64,000 bases of DNA from a virus: positions 1 through 64,000 of the IMG/VR virus record IMGVR_UViG_3300025727_000603; one strand, 5' to 3'. Position numbers and translations under genes: made by a program. The first letter of the stretch is position 1. Each line of letters begins with the position of its first letter. A model generated the notes under the pieces. It ran no database searches and was not told where the DNA came from. It saw only the letters and a program-made list of their open reading frames with translations. Positions 21,901 through 32,100 of the stretch are shown one piece after another.

Positions 21901-24900
21901 CACATCAACAATTGCCTGGACTGATGAAGATAATAACACAGTTGCAGATAATATTAAAGTCTTAGATAATGGCTCGTCTGATAATAAATTTCCTATAGGT
22001 ACTGGTGTAGCACAGCCTGCAACCATTACACAAGATATTTCTTACTCACAGGCTCAAAAGTTAGGTATCCTATTTGATTCAGATAAAGCTTACGCACAGG
22101 ATGAAACTACTATAATATTTGCTAGTGGTAAATCGATAGCTTATAAGAGAAATGGCTCAAGTCTAAACACCAAGAATCTCCACCCAACCGAGCCACAGTA
22201 TTGGGATCAAGTCCCAGGACAGGGGGTGCTGATTAATGTTACGGCCTCAAACACATTGTTTAAAAATACACCAAGTTCAACAGGAGTAGGTGCTAAATTT
22301 AAAATTAAAGACTCGGGTTCGGGTATTGTTTCTGGTGAATATGTAGCGGATGTAGAACAAGTAAATGTATATAATATATTACCCATACCTCATGGGTCCA
22401 CTACGGTACTTCTAAGGGAGTATACTCCTTATAATGAGAATTTGATGGGGACTAATGAAAAAGTGTCTTTACTGGTTAATCCAAATGCAACAGCAGATGA
22501 AGAGGGTAATTTCGACTGGACTTTCAATTTAAAGGTAATAGTGAACTACCTGTATTCAGGAGCTTCAGGAGCGTCTAAAAGTGTCGGATTTAATATTAAT
22601 GGTATTTCCATGTCAGCTTTTAAGGATATACTTAAAGATGATCTGGGTCTGGACAGCATTCCGGCATTATCCGGTACTTATCCTAATGCTAGTTATAATA
22701 CTTATGCTTTTAAAGAAGTCGCAAATAATCAATCAGATACTTTAACTACCTGGCTTAATGATCTTGTAGTAGATAGATGGCGATCTATACAAGCTTGGGC
22801 AATTTTATTAACGGGCTCAGTAGACCTTTCTGACTCCTCTAATTTAACTGGTGACGGTGGATATATTGACCCTACTCTTTCAAACGGAGTGGCTGGAGAT
22901 ATTCTTAACATACACATAGCTAACGTTAATGATCCATCAACTCTACAGCTTTCAAGTACAGGTACCTCGATATCTATGTCCACGGACAGTAACAGTAGTA
23001 AGATAGGCATTTTTCTAGAAGATACTTGGAGCACAGCTGCGCACGGTACAACTGATCTTATATACTGGAATCTATCACCAGATGGACCTTACGAGTCTAT
23101 ACTGACTGATTATTCTGGAACTCCCGATATAATGACACTATGGGCCGGCGGTACCGATGTTCGTATTGTTCTTAATGTATGTCAGGGTACACCATCAGCT
23201 GATAATGGATGGGACAATGCAGATGCTGAGCATGAAGCAGGTAAAGTTAAAATTACCGTTAAATCAGACGCTTCACTAGAAGGAGCTGCACTTCTTAATG
23301 AAATCCAAACGAATGCGTGGTCTAATGTTATGGGGTATAATGTGGTACCATTAGATAGTGACACTAACAAATGGTCATTTGACATTAATCAGTGGAAACA
23401 TGTAAACGGTGGGGATACACATACTGTTACACTAAAACCACCCGAAGCAGTGACCGTTGACTTAGCTGAAGTGGGTATATGGGTTGATCCATATCTTGAA
23501 CTCGGAAAGATGGAACAAGATCTTGGTAATGAATCGAATCCTTCTGATAATAACATGCTCCAACCAGTAAAATGGAGATGGGGTTATGACAAATCCTACA
23601 ATCCTACAATTAATTATACTCAGATTGATGGAGATTTTGATGATAGCTTTACTAGTTTGATTCCTAACGGTTATTATTATAATTGTATGATACCAGCTTA
23701 TAATGTAGTTCCTTTATATCAGGCGTCTGACATTACACCATTTTTTAATACTCATGCTCAACATTCCAATAGTGTCTATACCGGTCCTACTGGTATACCA
23801 ATTAATGTACCTATTACAAAGTCTACCTTAGGTTTAGGAAAAAAAGTTAATAATATCGATACAGAAGCTAATTGGTTAAAAGGACTGCTTAAATATAGTT
23901 TTAATCAGCAGCTGCAGCACTACACATTTACAAAATACGTCCCTTCTTCAACTAGGGTAGTTACTCAAGAAGATTTTACAAATGGAGCTGAATATATTGA
24001 AAAGACCTATTCTGCAACAAATGCAACAACTGAAACAACGACTACAATTCCAATTACTGATTGGCAGAATGGAGTAACACGAACTGTACAGTCATATGAG
24101 TACGACTATAGTCCAGCATCAATTTCAGAAGGAGACATTGTATATTACCAAGATACTGATGAGAAAACGTTTTCGTTTTATGAATGTATAACTTCTCATG
24201 GTGATACCTCAATAGACAATAATTTAATTGACGGTCTCTTGAATGAGAATACGCACTGGCAAACAGTTTATGACTATAATATAGTACTTAATTTCCTAAA
24301 TTATAATTTAATTACATATACAGTAGTACCAGTAGAAGGTAAATTTCTAGCCTATGATAAGCTTAAAGTAAGAAAAGCACCTACTTCCTCTAACCTTTCA
24401 TATGAATCTAAGGAAGTGAATGTACAAAGATTGAATTACAGTTTCTCTTCCGAAGGTTCGTTGGCAACTCCAACCTTTAGTGGATTATCACCAACATCAG
24501 AGAAACTATTACAGCTCGAATATAATGGACAATTGGATACGGGTGGAAGTAACTGGAATACTGAACGATTTAGTAACGATGCAATTGCAGCCAATGATAT
24601 CTTTGCTAATCCTTCTATAATTAAAATACAATTAAAAAATTCACATCTTCCAAGTCATCATAGATTAAGAAAGATAGTTGCATCTCCGGGTGTACCTGAT
24701 TACAATATTATAATTAATGATAAAGTAACAGTATACGCAGATGCAGTTGAAGATACAGAAATGCCTACTCTCTATTATCAGGAAGGTATGTTTTTCTTAG
24801 AATCACCTGATAACTCTAATAAGTTAACTTCGGAGAATAGAATAGACTTTTTACCTCCACAGTCACCATACACGGCCAAAACTACCGGACTCCCTGCTGA

Positions 24901-27900
24901 TTATAACTCTTGCTTTTCGCTTCATACAAATGGGGAATCAGCATCGTCGGCTTTTAACACGCAAACAAATAGAGCTGCATTTACAGGAGATGCATATGGT
25001 ATAGCTAAAAATTTAAAAAATAACAACAGTTCAGACTTTCTTATCAATGAAGGAGATAATCGTATTCCGGATCTTCATGAATCAGGAACTATAAAACTAA
25101 GCCCATTAGAAGGAATAGAGGGTAATATAACACGTGATGGCTCTATTGTTCACTCAATAAATAGACCAAATGATGTAATGATAAATGCTGTAAATTATAC
25201 TAAAGAAGACTGTAGACTATATGATAACGGTCTTAGAGTAAATCTTCATCCTTATATAACTAACTTTGCGTTAAGGTCGTTTTTTCTTGAACTAAAGACT
25301 TCTAGTTTGATTAATCACGTTGAAGATTGGCGAGCAAATCACGCCGACATTGCCGGATGGGAGGGCCTAGTAGATAATGAATATTATAGATATAATATAG
25401 ACTCTGAATACTATAACAATAAGATTACCGGTATACTTGGTAGTCTGGCAGCAAAAATTATTTTCCCTAAACTAGATGATAATGTAGACTCAGGTACAAT
25501 AAACCACTATCGTTCTGATGAGGGTAGTATTATTGGTGATGTAGCTATTGAAGAAAATTCTGAACAGACTAATATTGAATGGATGGCAGTAAGTTCAAAT
25601 TTTGTTATTCCTGATGCTATATTAAGTTGTACAGGGACAATGCAATTTTGGGATAAAGCGGATTCTACGGCACCGGATACAATAACAACTGTTGACGGTT
25701 ATTGGCCTCGTAAAGGGGACAATTATTCGAATATACATTCCGGTCGGCAAATTGAGTCATCTAAATACTTGTTTGATTGGAATAAACTAAAAGACGATGC
25801 GGCAAACATTAATATTAAATGGAATACTCATCAATACATAGAAGGGTTATACAATCAACCGGGTTTGTTACCTAATGATAGAAAATTATTAAGACGTGAA
25901 TTCCCTTATAATTATAACATATTACAGAATATTAACTCGACAACTAATCCGGTTGATTATAGTCAAACTAGATATTCTGAAGTTGATAATTTGGATAAGC
26001 TTATGTTATCTGCTTACTCAACTTTAGGATCTGGTGTATACGGACCACCGACGACCGGCAGCGGCAGAGCATGGACATTCGGAGATCAAGCATCAACGAC
26101 ATCAGTTGTGTTTAATGATATAGTAAAAATTGACCCATTAACATCTTGTACAAGCATATCTTATGTTAATGGGCCCCTCTCGATGGTTACTAGCTCTGAT
26201 GGATCGGAAACTAGCATTAGAATAAAGATACCCCATAATAAGATTCATAAATGGGTACACATGGCGTTGGCAAATCAATCAATAGCCAACAATACAGTAA
26301 CAACTGCCTTTGATGCTAATAATAGTTCAATTCTACATAGACAATTACATAATCCTGAAATGTTTAATTTTAATTCATTCTTTACATTTGAAAGTTCAAC
26401 GGAGTCATCAACAATAACCTCAAAACTTATATATCTTAATGATGGTATGCGCGCGAGTGATGGTCTCAGTTCAGAATTTAATGTAATCTCTGGAACTGCC
26501 ACTATTGGGGTTGAATATCGAATTTGGTATCCTAATGACTCTACAGGAGTCAGTGGTTTCAAAACATATGATTACCCAGACTGGTATGAGAATTCAGGTT
26601 GGGGAGTGGATGATAACATTATTGTAGAGTTCTTAATACCATCAACACCAGGTGCTGATTTTATAAATTCATTAGTATCAGTTTCATTTACCCATTATCA
26701 GAATCTTCATGTAGTTGCCCCCACTAGCACCGGTGCTAGTATTGCGGATTCCAGTAGCCAAGCTTGTGGATTTGGAGCACGGAGTATTATTTCATCTTCA
26801 ACTGCGAGTACTAACACCACCCTCACCGATCAATCAGATTACCATGGTAAATTCAAAGATGGTAACGGACTCTCATGGACAGATGAAAAATATAAACTAG
26901 AAGAGTATAGACTATCCGATAATGCAACTGACTCTGATATTAAGGATAATACTACCACTTTATTATACTTACCAGTAGACAGTGGTGCAATCCTTAAAAC
27001 AATTAATCAATTTTCTGGAGTATCAACCTTAAAATTTACTGAGATTGGTAGTAACCCATATGAGTACTTTACAGGTATTATTACTAATATACAACTATCT
27101 CCCGCTAAAACAGGGTTTGGGTATACAACTGCTACGGCTGTAGATTCTGGTGGTGCACAAATTCAAATAAAACCAAATTGGGGTAACATGATAAGTAGTG
27201 GTACCGCAGCTCCTAAAATATCATTTACTGCGTCCAACACGGGTGCTGTATCTATATTTGAAGTATATAAACCTGATAACGCTTCATCCGGCAATATTGT
27301 TTCAGGTCAGGATTCTATGGGTTATTGGGTAGGACAAAATTACAATATAGGGGAATTTGATGATCGACATTTAAGCGTTAATTGGCATTCAATTTATGAT
27401 GTTAAGAATGCTGCCAACACAGGACTAAAATTTACTACTGATTCTGCAACTGAAAAGTCTTTACCATCTTTACAGTTTAGCGCAGACGGGACTAATGGTA
27501 AAATATCTAAAATTACAAGGAACACTCCGGCGAATGGAGTGGATAGTAGCTTCTATGTATGGAATCAGTCAGCTAGTAATAGTTCAGGGACATTTGGTCT
27601 TGGTATATGGGGTCTAACACTCAGTCTGGATGATAATACAAGTAAAACAATCAGGAATTCCGGTGTAACTAATCCCGATTTTGAAGTTGGAGAAAGCTCA
27701 ATTGGAGCATCTATAAGTGCTGTGCATATTTTAAAAACAGGATACGGATATGCTGGTAATATTAGTACCAGCTCAGCACTCACTCTGAACTCGTACATGG
27801 ATTCTATAGCACTACAAAAGATACTTAGTTTCGAAGATGCAGTTGCACAGGGAATGATATTGAATAGTAGTACTATTACTAATGTGACCTGGGATGCTGG

Positions 27901-28948
27901 AACGTGGTTAAATACCATTGGTTCGTATGATTTAGTAGATATTCAGTTTATATCAGATGTTGCACCAATAGTTAAATCTAATGTGGCAGCTCTGAATAAT
28001 GTAGAATTAGAACTCTTATATGATGGAGGGCAGGACGCCGTTTTTACAAATAATGGTTCTTCGTTCTTTGAAGCTATAGATGGTAATAGACATATTACAT
28101 TTGTTAGCTATAGCGATAGTGGGTACAGTGATGATCGAATTAGGAATATTCGAGACAATATTAGTAATATAGCTCAGGACTCACGAACAACTATGGAGAC
28201 AAACTATCTCGGATGGTACAGTGACCCAGAGAAAGCTGGTCTGCAAGACACAGCTAGATTGTTTAGTTGGGGTTCCGAAAATTCCGTTTACAATAATGTA
28301 ACAATTAAGTCTATTTTTCAGAACGATTTATCCTTTCTTCAGTTAGTTGATAATGTAAGTGGTGTATTAGATTCAAACTCTGATGTATGGTTAGAAGCTT
28401 CAGGAAATGCTTACTCTTCAAATAATATTACTCTTACTCCAATTGGAGGTAATAGTACGTCGGATCATACTGCGTTAGCAGAGCACCTAAAAGATTTTAT
28501 AACACTTGATTTTAATTATATTGATAACACAGACGATGTGAATAATTTATCTACTCGGTTTATAGCTGAACTTCATCCTTCTAAAGGTACAGCATTAAAC
28601 AAATATGTTACAAGGAATATTAAGTTAAAGAACTCTTCTAATTTATTAAATATATTTTTAGATGTTAACAGACCTTTTGGGACAGATATTGAGGTATATT
28701 ACAGAACACATACAGAAGATGATATGATTGATGAGTCAAATTGGATTCTTGGAGAACCTGTAGGTGGTACAGACATACCATTTAATGATAATCCTAATGT
28801 TTTTACAGAGACTGAGTATTATATAGATAATGTTATTTCCGCTAATAATATGTTCACAACATTTGCTATAAAAATAGTATTTAAATCCGCTAATAGTTCT
28901 GTTATACCTCAAGTTAGAGACTTAAGAGCAATTGCACTAAATGTATAG
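15941..28948 (+). CDS. giant virion structural protein, DUF4815/VrlC-like, with ~2400-aa internal insertion
   Basis: N-terminus NFNVPPYFDDF...LFRP..AVQARELTQLQS.LQNQ, APGAHR, ARRTFDESGNY.V.PF, RYTMRDIG, GF.VDSF and DPLAQSF; C-terminus KYVT...V.DLRAIAL. Confidence 0.85.
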   Translation: MSINFNVPPYFDDFESVSEFDGSDGLSPKDKYHKLLFRPSYAVQARELTQLQSVLQNQITNLGHHLFVEGSLVIPGDVSFSNDIDYIKVEMGSIPDVNADINYIMSNLDDSDSTGLKGKYLVRAIDLDLTGNITLPEPTLSAKILKVVPAIGTAPAVLYIQYYAASAEKTVDTGVNVNVNKFRPSDELKVIDKMPSVYGSNSNSNPSPTSLTLQFHQAVLKIPSELKQSAIGKASLAFVEKGVYFIKGNFVQVQNSTLIVAPFSTSASADIGFRIKESVISSAEDPTLSDNATGSPNFAAPGAHRYEIKTELIALDINTDIEGTDDDFLLLCRVDESAVKWKVKRTDYNIIEDEFARRTFDESGNYTVRPFHIDITEDRDNVDLFQAQLEPSKAYVQGYEIETLSSISVPIEKARRAEDTDAKESVTVSIGVGNYILVSPRDFSSLLSSGIVPPIDTFARVDLKNFDNSTIGYTRIRSVTRVSPGYTHDDQGVIIRDTSLDIYKVYLFDVFLNEFQNFSSVASLLYSSNNHTFDVKLVSTPAVIKETDKNSLVYKLPYDRVKTCSIAKLNTTEEADYNYRFRTIKMFSPKHGNGNFINATVNNTETESFGAFNQSDWILEKFIQSAGTTIIPLTSAMVGAAVSGDMTSIAIDLSSWSGVVGGGKYRLTAPVDSTAIHRTKEVRDIESERWVYDQYVTADSTAYNSAHHYDVITLAKNDVFKINFVKEYIGDGDLGETGTAIYIQNNPEQFKDITEHYILDTGMTDNYYDNSKLRLRSDSDYIPSNDIFCSYKYFHHYPGDFFSIDSYPPEMYDDIPVFNSDNQGKLIELRSSIDFRQSKDIESNVGTCPHPNSKFQTDLEYYLPRKDIIVVDAKGDFRCIKGVSSLTPTLPETPSNSMVLYNLHLQAYTFTPSEIQYEMIDNKRYTMRDIGKIQKRVDNLEYYTSLSLLESEASNKIVVDSEGFLRSKAGFVVDSFKNHSIGNTLSPEYRCAIDRKRRTIRPIFHENSIGLQYVPPTSEINPAVSSHVQKTGDLITLPWSPVELFSQGKASSTININPYDVFTWTGSVKLSPSQDDWKDTTHVPELIVNQTGIYDAMMSIIDATDALGTDWNEWETTFFGSESTSWVSASGRNWQTTTTETNTTEDQARDGILTVNNPFVNYTELGERVIEIGFAPFIRGRRVSFSAERLKPNTIIYPFIDNVNISEYAIRDNVFVDYSSSDDEIFNQMVENYGAHPFDTERLSPMFYPDKQDSVTGKGTHPYRYDANSLETIAWKLYGLNDAPTYDNMSNMYPNTELKTDAAGRLTGSFWFPNDDGLRFKTGTRTFRLSDSPISVNRDEETTFAQTQYHAKGLLETKENLTIATKLPMLSQTQVFDERTIYNTSRTNSTRWWDPLAQSFLIDIDKQPQGAFITSIDLYFAKISETIPVVLQIREVIVGLPSAIIVPHSTVTLYPSDINVDSNLGQAATKFEFESPVYLGSGKSYAFVIFADTIDYEVWMARTQEIDVVTDAAISKNVFAGVLFKSQNGSTWSPDHNADLKFAIHRAKYDISRPGNLVLVNKELPLKRLRNHPFTTTETNELKVYHKNHGFVESSSRQSYVSFSGIERNHPTESPETANLYGIDANKINAISEHPYYDGSNLVSPTGAGVFPVFDVTQDAYSVRLGIDENNSDGRTQFGIGGGKTIEASENYAFSTWYHHAAIVNLPTTNITWGVKTTNLGTIGANNTTVYRKSTNYKAYVPNTNIHEPFPQVITSRENQLHNVDVHDNLPNKSFEVMGQLTSNSDYVSPSVDIERCSVVCIQNRIGNFTGYGELTSVNFNPTTPELTGLGRFNAGLYKFAIDSNNEAKGGILNLSIEGKGPILSIDHFISASNKTLFETDKDYLMIIENPSSSDATNENVGVMKLKINKSDSGAVVFNDIKLSSASTPIAEYVPGVYDFTILDNKSRFGEATPDASGPGPYGYVNFNSGSMDVEYAAKIRVRVDAATSTIAWTDEDNNTVADNIKVLDNGSSDNKFPIGTGVAQPATITQDISYSQAQKLGILFDSDKAYAQDETTIIFASGKSIAYKRNGSSLNTKNLHPTEPQYWDQVPGQGVLINVTASNTLFKNTPSSTGVGAKFKIKDSGSGIVSGEYVADVEQVNVYNILPIPHGSTTVLLREYTPYNENLMGTNEKVSLLVNPNATADEEGNFDWTFNLKVIVNYLYSGASGASKSVGFNINGISMSAFKDILKDDLGLDSIPALSGTYPNASYNTYAFKEVANNQSDTLTTWLNDLVVDRWRSIQAWAILLTGSVDLSDSSNLTGDGGYIDPTLSNGVAGDILNIHIANVNDPSTLQLSSTGTSISMSTDSNSSKIGIFLEDTWSTAAHGTTDLIYWNLSPDGPYESILTDYSGTPDIMTLWAGGTDVRIVLNVCQGTPSADNGWDNADAEHEAGKVKITVKSDASLEGAALLNEIQTNAWSNVMGYNVVPLDSDTNKWSFDINQWKHVNGGDTHTVTLKPPEAVTVDLAEVGIWVDPYLELGKMEQDLGNESNPSDNNMLQPVKWRWGYDKSYNPTINYTQIDGDFDDSFTSLIPNGYYYNCMIPAYNVVPLYQASDITPFFNTHAQHSNSVYTGPTGIPINVPITKSTLGLGKKVNNIDTEANWLKGLLKYSFNQQLQHYTFTKYVPSSTRVVTQEDFTNGAEYIEKTYSATNATTETTTTIPITDWQNGVTRTVQSYEYDYSPASISEGDIVYYQDTDEKTFSFYECITSHGDTSIDNNLIDGLLNENTHWQTVYDYNIVLNFLNYNLITYTVVPVEGKFLAYDKLKVRKAPTSSNLSYESKEVNVQRLNYSFSSEGSLATPTFSGLSPTSEKLLQLEYNGQLDTGGSNWNTERFSNDAIAANDIFANPSIIKIQLKNSHLPSHHRLRKIVASPGVPDYNIIINDKVTVYADAVEDTEMPTLYYQEGMFFLESPDNSNKLTSENRIDFLPPQSPYTAKTTGLPADYNSCFSLHTNGESASSAFNTQTNRAAFTGDAYGIAKNLKNNNSSDFLINEGDNRIPDLHESGTIKLSPLEGIEGNITRDGSIVHSINRPNDVMINAVNYTKEDCRLYDNGLRVNLHPYITNFALRSFFLELKTSSLINHVEDWRANHADIAGWEGLVDNEYYRYNIDSEYYNNKITGILGSLAAKIIFPKLDDNVDSGTINHYRSDEGSIIGDVAIEENSEQTNIEWMAVSSNFVIPDAILSCTGTMQFWDKADSTAPDTITTVDGYWPRKGDNYSNIHSGRQIESSKYLFDWNKLKDDAANINIKWNTHQYIEGLYNQPGLLPNDRKLLRREFPYNYNILQNINSTTNPVDYSQTRYSEVDNLDKLMLSAYSTLGSGVYGPPTTGSGRAWTFGDQASTTSVVFNDIVKIDPLTSCTSISYVNGPLSMVTSSDGSETSIRIKIPHNKIHKWVHMALANQSIANNTVTTAFDANNSSILHRQLHNPEMFNFNSFFTFESSTESSTITSKLIYLNDGMRASDGLSSEFNVISGTATIGVEYRIWYPNDSTGVSGFKTYDYPDWYENSGWGVDDNIIVEFLIPSTPGADFINSLVSVSFTHYQNLHVVAPTSTGASIADSSSQACGFGARSIISSSTASTNTTLTDQSDYHGKFKDGNGLSWTDEKYKLEEYRLSDNATDSDIKDNTTTLLYLPVDSGAILKTINQFSGVSTLKFTEIGSNPYEYFTGIITNIQLSPAKTGFGYTTATAVDSGGAQIQIKPNWGNMISSGTAAPKISFTASNTGAVSIFEVYKPDNASSGNIVSGQDSMGYWVGQNYNIGEFDDRHLSVNWHSIYDVKNAANTGLKFTTDSATEKSLPSLQFSADGTNGKISKITRNTPANGVDSSFYVWNQSASNSSGTFGLGIWGLTLSLDDNTSKTIRNSGVTNPDFEVGESSIGASISAVHILKTGYGYAGNISTSSALTLNSYMDSIALQKILSFEDAVAQGMILNSSTITNVTWDAGTWLNTIGSYDLVDIQFISDVAPIVKSNVAALNNVELELLYDGGQDAVFTNNGSSFFEAIDGNRHITFVSYSDSGYSDDRIRNIRDNISNIAQDSRTTMETNYLGWYSDPEKAGLQDTARLFSWGSENSVYNNVTIKSIFQNDLSFLQLVDNVSGVLDSNSDVWLEASGNAYSSNNITLTPIGGNSTSDHTALAEHLKDFITLDFNYIDNTDDVNNLSTRFIAELHPSKGTALNKYVTRNIKLKNSSNLLNIFLDVNRPFGTDIEVYYRTHTEDDMIDESNWILGEPVGGTDIPFNDNPNVFTETEYYIDNVISANNMFTTFAIKIVFKSANSSVIPQVRDLRAIALNV

Positions 28949-28960
28949 AGGTTAGAGGTT

Positions 28961-29173
28961 ATGGGAAATTTAATACCTGTTAAAGGTCATTCAGGGTTAT
29001 ATAGAGATTCAAACACAATGGCCATTATAAATACTAACAACACTTCTACTACTGATAGTAATATTAGATCAGCTAAAAGTAAGATGAAACAGAGGGATGA
29101 TGATATTAAAACATTACAGTCAGATGTTTCTGAAATTAAACATATTTTAAAACAGTTATTGGAGCTAAGATAA
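28961..29173 (+). CDS. small conserved T4-like protein with C-terminal coiled coil
   Basis: V.GH.GLYRD....AIIN...DVSEIK.ILKQLL pattern, usually found downstream of DUF4815 genes; SD gagg present. Confidence 0.7.
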   Translation: MGNLIPVKGHSGLYRDSNTMAIINTNNTSTTDSNIRSAKSKMKQRDDDIKTLQSDVSEIKHILKQLLELR

Positions 29174-29176
29174 GAA

Positions 29177-32100
29177 ATGGTACATATCCTAGATAAATCG
29201 ACAAGAATTAATGTCACAGAATCAGACACATTTAATGAATGGCGTTTAAAAACAAATGAAATAGGCTCCTTTATTGGTGATAAGCACCATATTGCTAGAT
29301 ATTCTACTATAAATTATGATTGGATTCCTTTATGGACTGATACAGAACTCTTAAACGGGAATGACGAGAATAGAAAACATCCCGATACTAAAGTCCCTTA
29401 CAGGAAAGCTTTGGTTAATATAAAAATACAGGGTATGCATGCTCTAGAGTCAACCTCTACCGAAGATTGGGTCGCTATGCAGACAGAAACTACCCAATCG
29501 ATTATCAAACAAGAAATTGACTTTGGAGGTATGCTCACAGAAGAAAATATTAGAGTTACTATTAAAACACATCAGCCAGGTGCTGTTAATGATGATGATA
29601 GGTATTACTATGGTGATGTTGGTACTGATTACCCTTATGGCTACGCTGATAATGACATTTTAACTATTCGTGGATCGTCTATAGGTGGTGTAGATGGGAT
29701 AAATGATCTTAAGGTTAAGGTGGCAGTGACAGCGAGTCATGTTAATGAGGGTGTTACCTTTAAATATATTAGTAATGTAAAAATTTCAGGTCAGCCTATT
29801 AACGAATCAGAATATGGATCAGACTACATAACTCTGGCATTAACTAAATTACCTCCGGCCTCCATATATAACGAACTTCATCAGATTAGGTCCGATTTAG
29901 CCGGCGAACAGGAAAATCCAAACTTTATTCCTTTTACAAAATTAACAACTAATGCACAAACTATAGCATTAGCTATTAATGAAGTTAATGCAAAAATTCA
30001 AGGTACACAAGGTAATTTAACATTACTTAAAACTATTGATGACGAATTACAATCAATACCTTGGTCTAAATATTATAAACAATATACGATTGATGGTAAT
30101 GGCAATACCACAATCACTGATGGTTATAAAATAGATGATATTGTCTATGTAGACCCAACGATTATAAATGACATCGGGGATACCCTATATTTTAAATCTA
30201 TTACTGAATATAATGTAGACAATCCTGTATCCCGGGATAATGACGGAAACTTTGATCGTAGTTATAATCTAACACAACAAGGTCAGGGTAACCTCGTTGA
30301 AAATGGGGTTCCTGTCGATTCATCAATAACATGGTTTCAAGTTGACAGTACTGTATATTCCTCCATGTCATTGAATAAATCCTTAAATATAGTTAATACT
30401 AGTCTCGGTATTACTAGTAATAACACACTAGCTTCATTAAAAAATAACCATCCTGACTATACCGGCCCACAAGATACTATATATCATTCCCTAAGAAATA
30501 TTGATTCTTATATAGGTAATTACTTAGGACTTAAATCTCAAGTATATAATAGATATGTTAACCCATACCGTACAGTAACATTAGATGGAGTTGCTACTAA
30601 TAATATAGACTATTCTAGTATAGGAACCGGAGATCCTGGTACTATAAAATTACCTACAGGTATGTTGCTTAGTCAGGCCTTTACGGATCCTAACGACTTG
30701 GAATATAATTTCTTACCTGTTGATGCTGACAAAAATGGCCTATATGCGCAATGGACTACACAAGTAACCGAACCCTATCAGTTATACACTAAATCTTATC
30801 ATCCTGATACCAACGTCTTCAACGGTTTTGTTGCAGCAGCTGATGACGACATTGTAGTAGCTCTAACTAAGCTTAGGTTAAGAGTAGATATGCTCACAGA
30901 AGAGATATATCTAACTAAGCGTGACGCAGGAGATAGTTCGGCGGCATGGCAATGGGCTCAGAGAATTACTAAGAGTGATCAATTTGAGAATAACTTTTCC
31001 GGAATGCACGGTATTATTAATATTCTTAAGGGACTAGAAGATCTTGTATCTCCGATTACAGGAGATTCTTTGGATAGAGGGAAACTATCACGTTCTGGGT
31101 TTAAAACAGACTACGCTGATACAGCTGGTTGGGATCAGTCTATACCAACTGGTTCTAAACAAGAGCAGTCACTGACTAATAATATTTATGAAGATTATGA
31201 CTCTTCTCATGTAGAAGGTCCTTTATGGGCTGGCTCCACTGATTCTGATGATAAGCCATTAGGTATTATTGCAGGTAGTATTACACGAATATCGGCGGAT
31301 GGTGGTTATAAACCTCAATACTCATCTGATCTTCTAATACTAAGAACTGCAGGGGTAACTCCTGTTGATGGGACTAGCCACAATAATATTGATTTTCCAA
31401 GCACGGTAACTGGAACCTCTAAATCGGCCGATATTAGGACATTATATCCAGAACGAATAGTTATTAATAACGGTAGTGAAACACAGGTAGCTATAGGTTA
31501 TACTGAAACTGATCGTACAGATACTAATTTCTGGACTAATAACGACAACACATTTATTGACCACTCCAGTAACCCGAGTTGGGTCTGGGAAACCTCCTCT
31601 GGACTAAACTTACTTCAGCAGACAGCTACAGACCAACCAATGAACCTGGATGTTAAGGGGGATATAAGAGCAACTAATAAGATATATATTGGACCTTCTG
31701 ATAACATAAGGTCAATTGACGATTTATACTTATCATCAGGTATTAGAGAAAAGGAAGCGAGTGAAAATGCACCTGTCCAAAATATATTTACTAAACCTAT
31801 TTTCCGTGAAGGTTTAGTAGTCCACTCTGAAAAACCAATGAATGATTGGTATACCTTTACGGAGGATGGAAGAATACAGCCTGATGCTCAACTTCTGCAG
31901 AGAGAAATAGAGGATGTTGTAGGGGCTATGGTTACTGATAAAATCTCTGCAACCGGTACCCCAAGCACTCTTAATATGGAATCTGGTTTAAACGTTCGGT
32001 ATGACAGTCTTAAAGCAGATACTAATAGTGGTCTAAGGTCTCCACATCAAGCAACTTTAAACTTTGAGGTTCATTCACCTGATATTTTAATTACAGGAGA

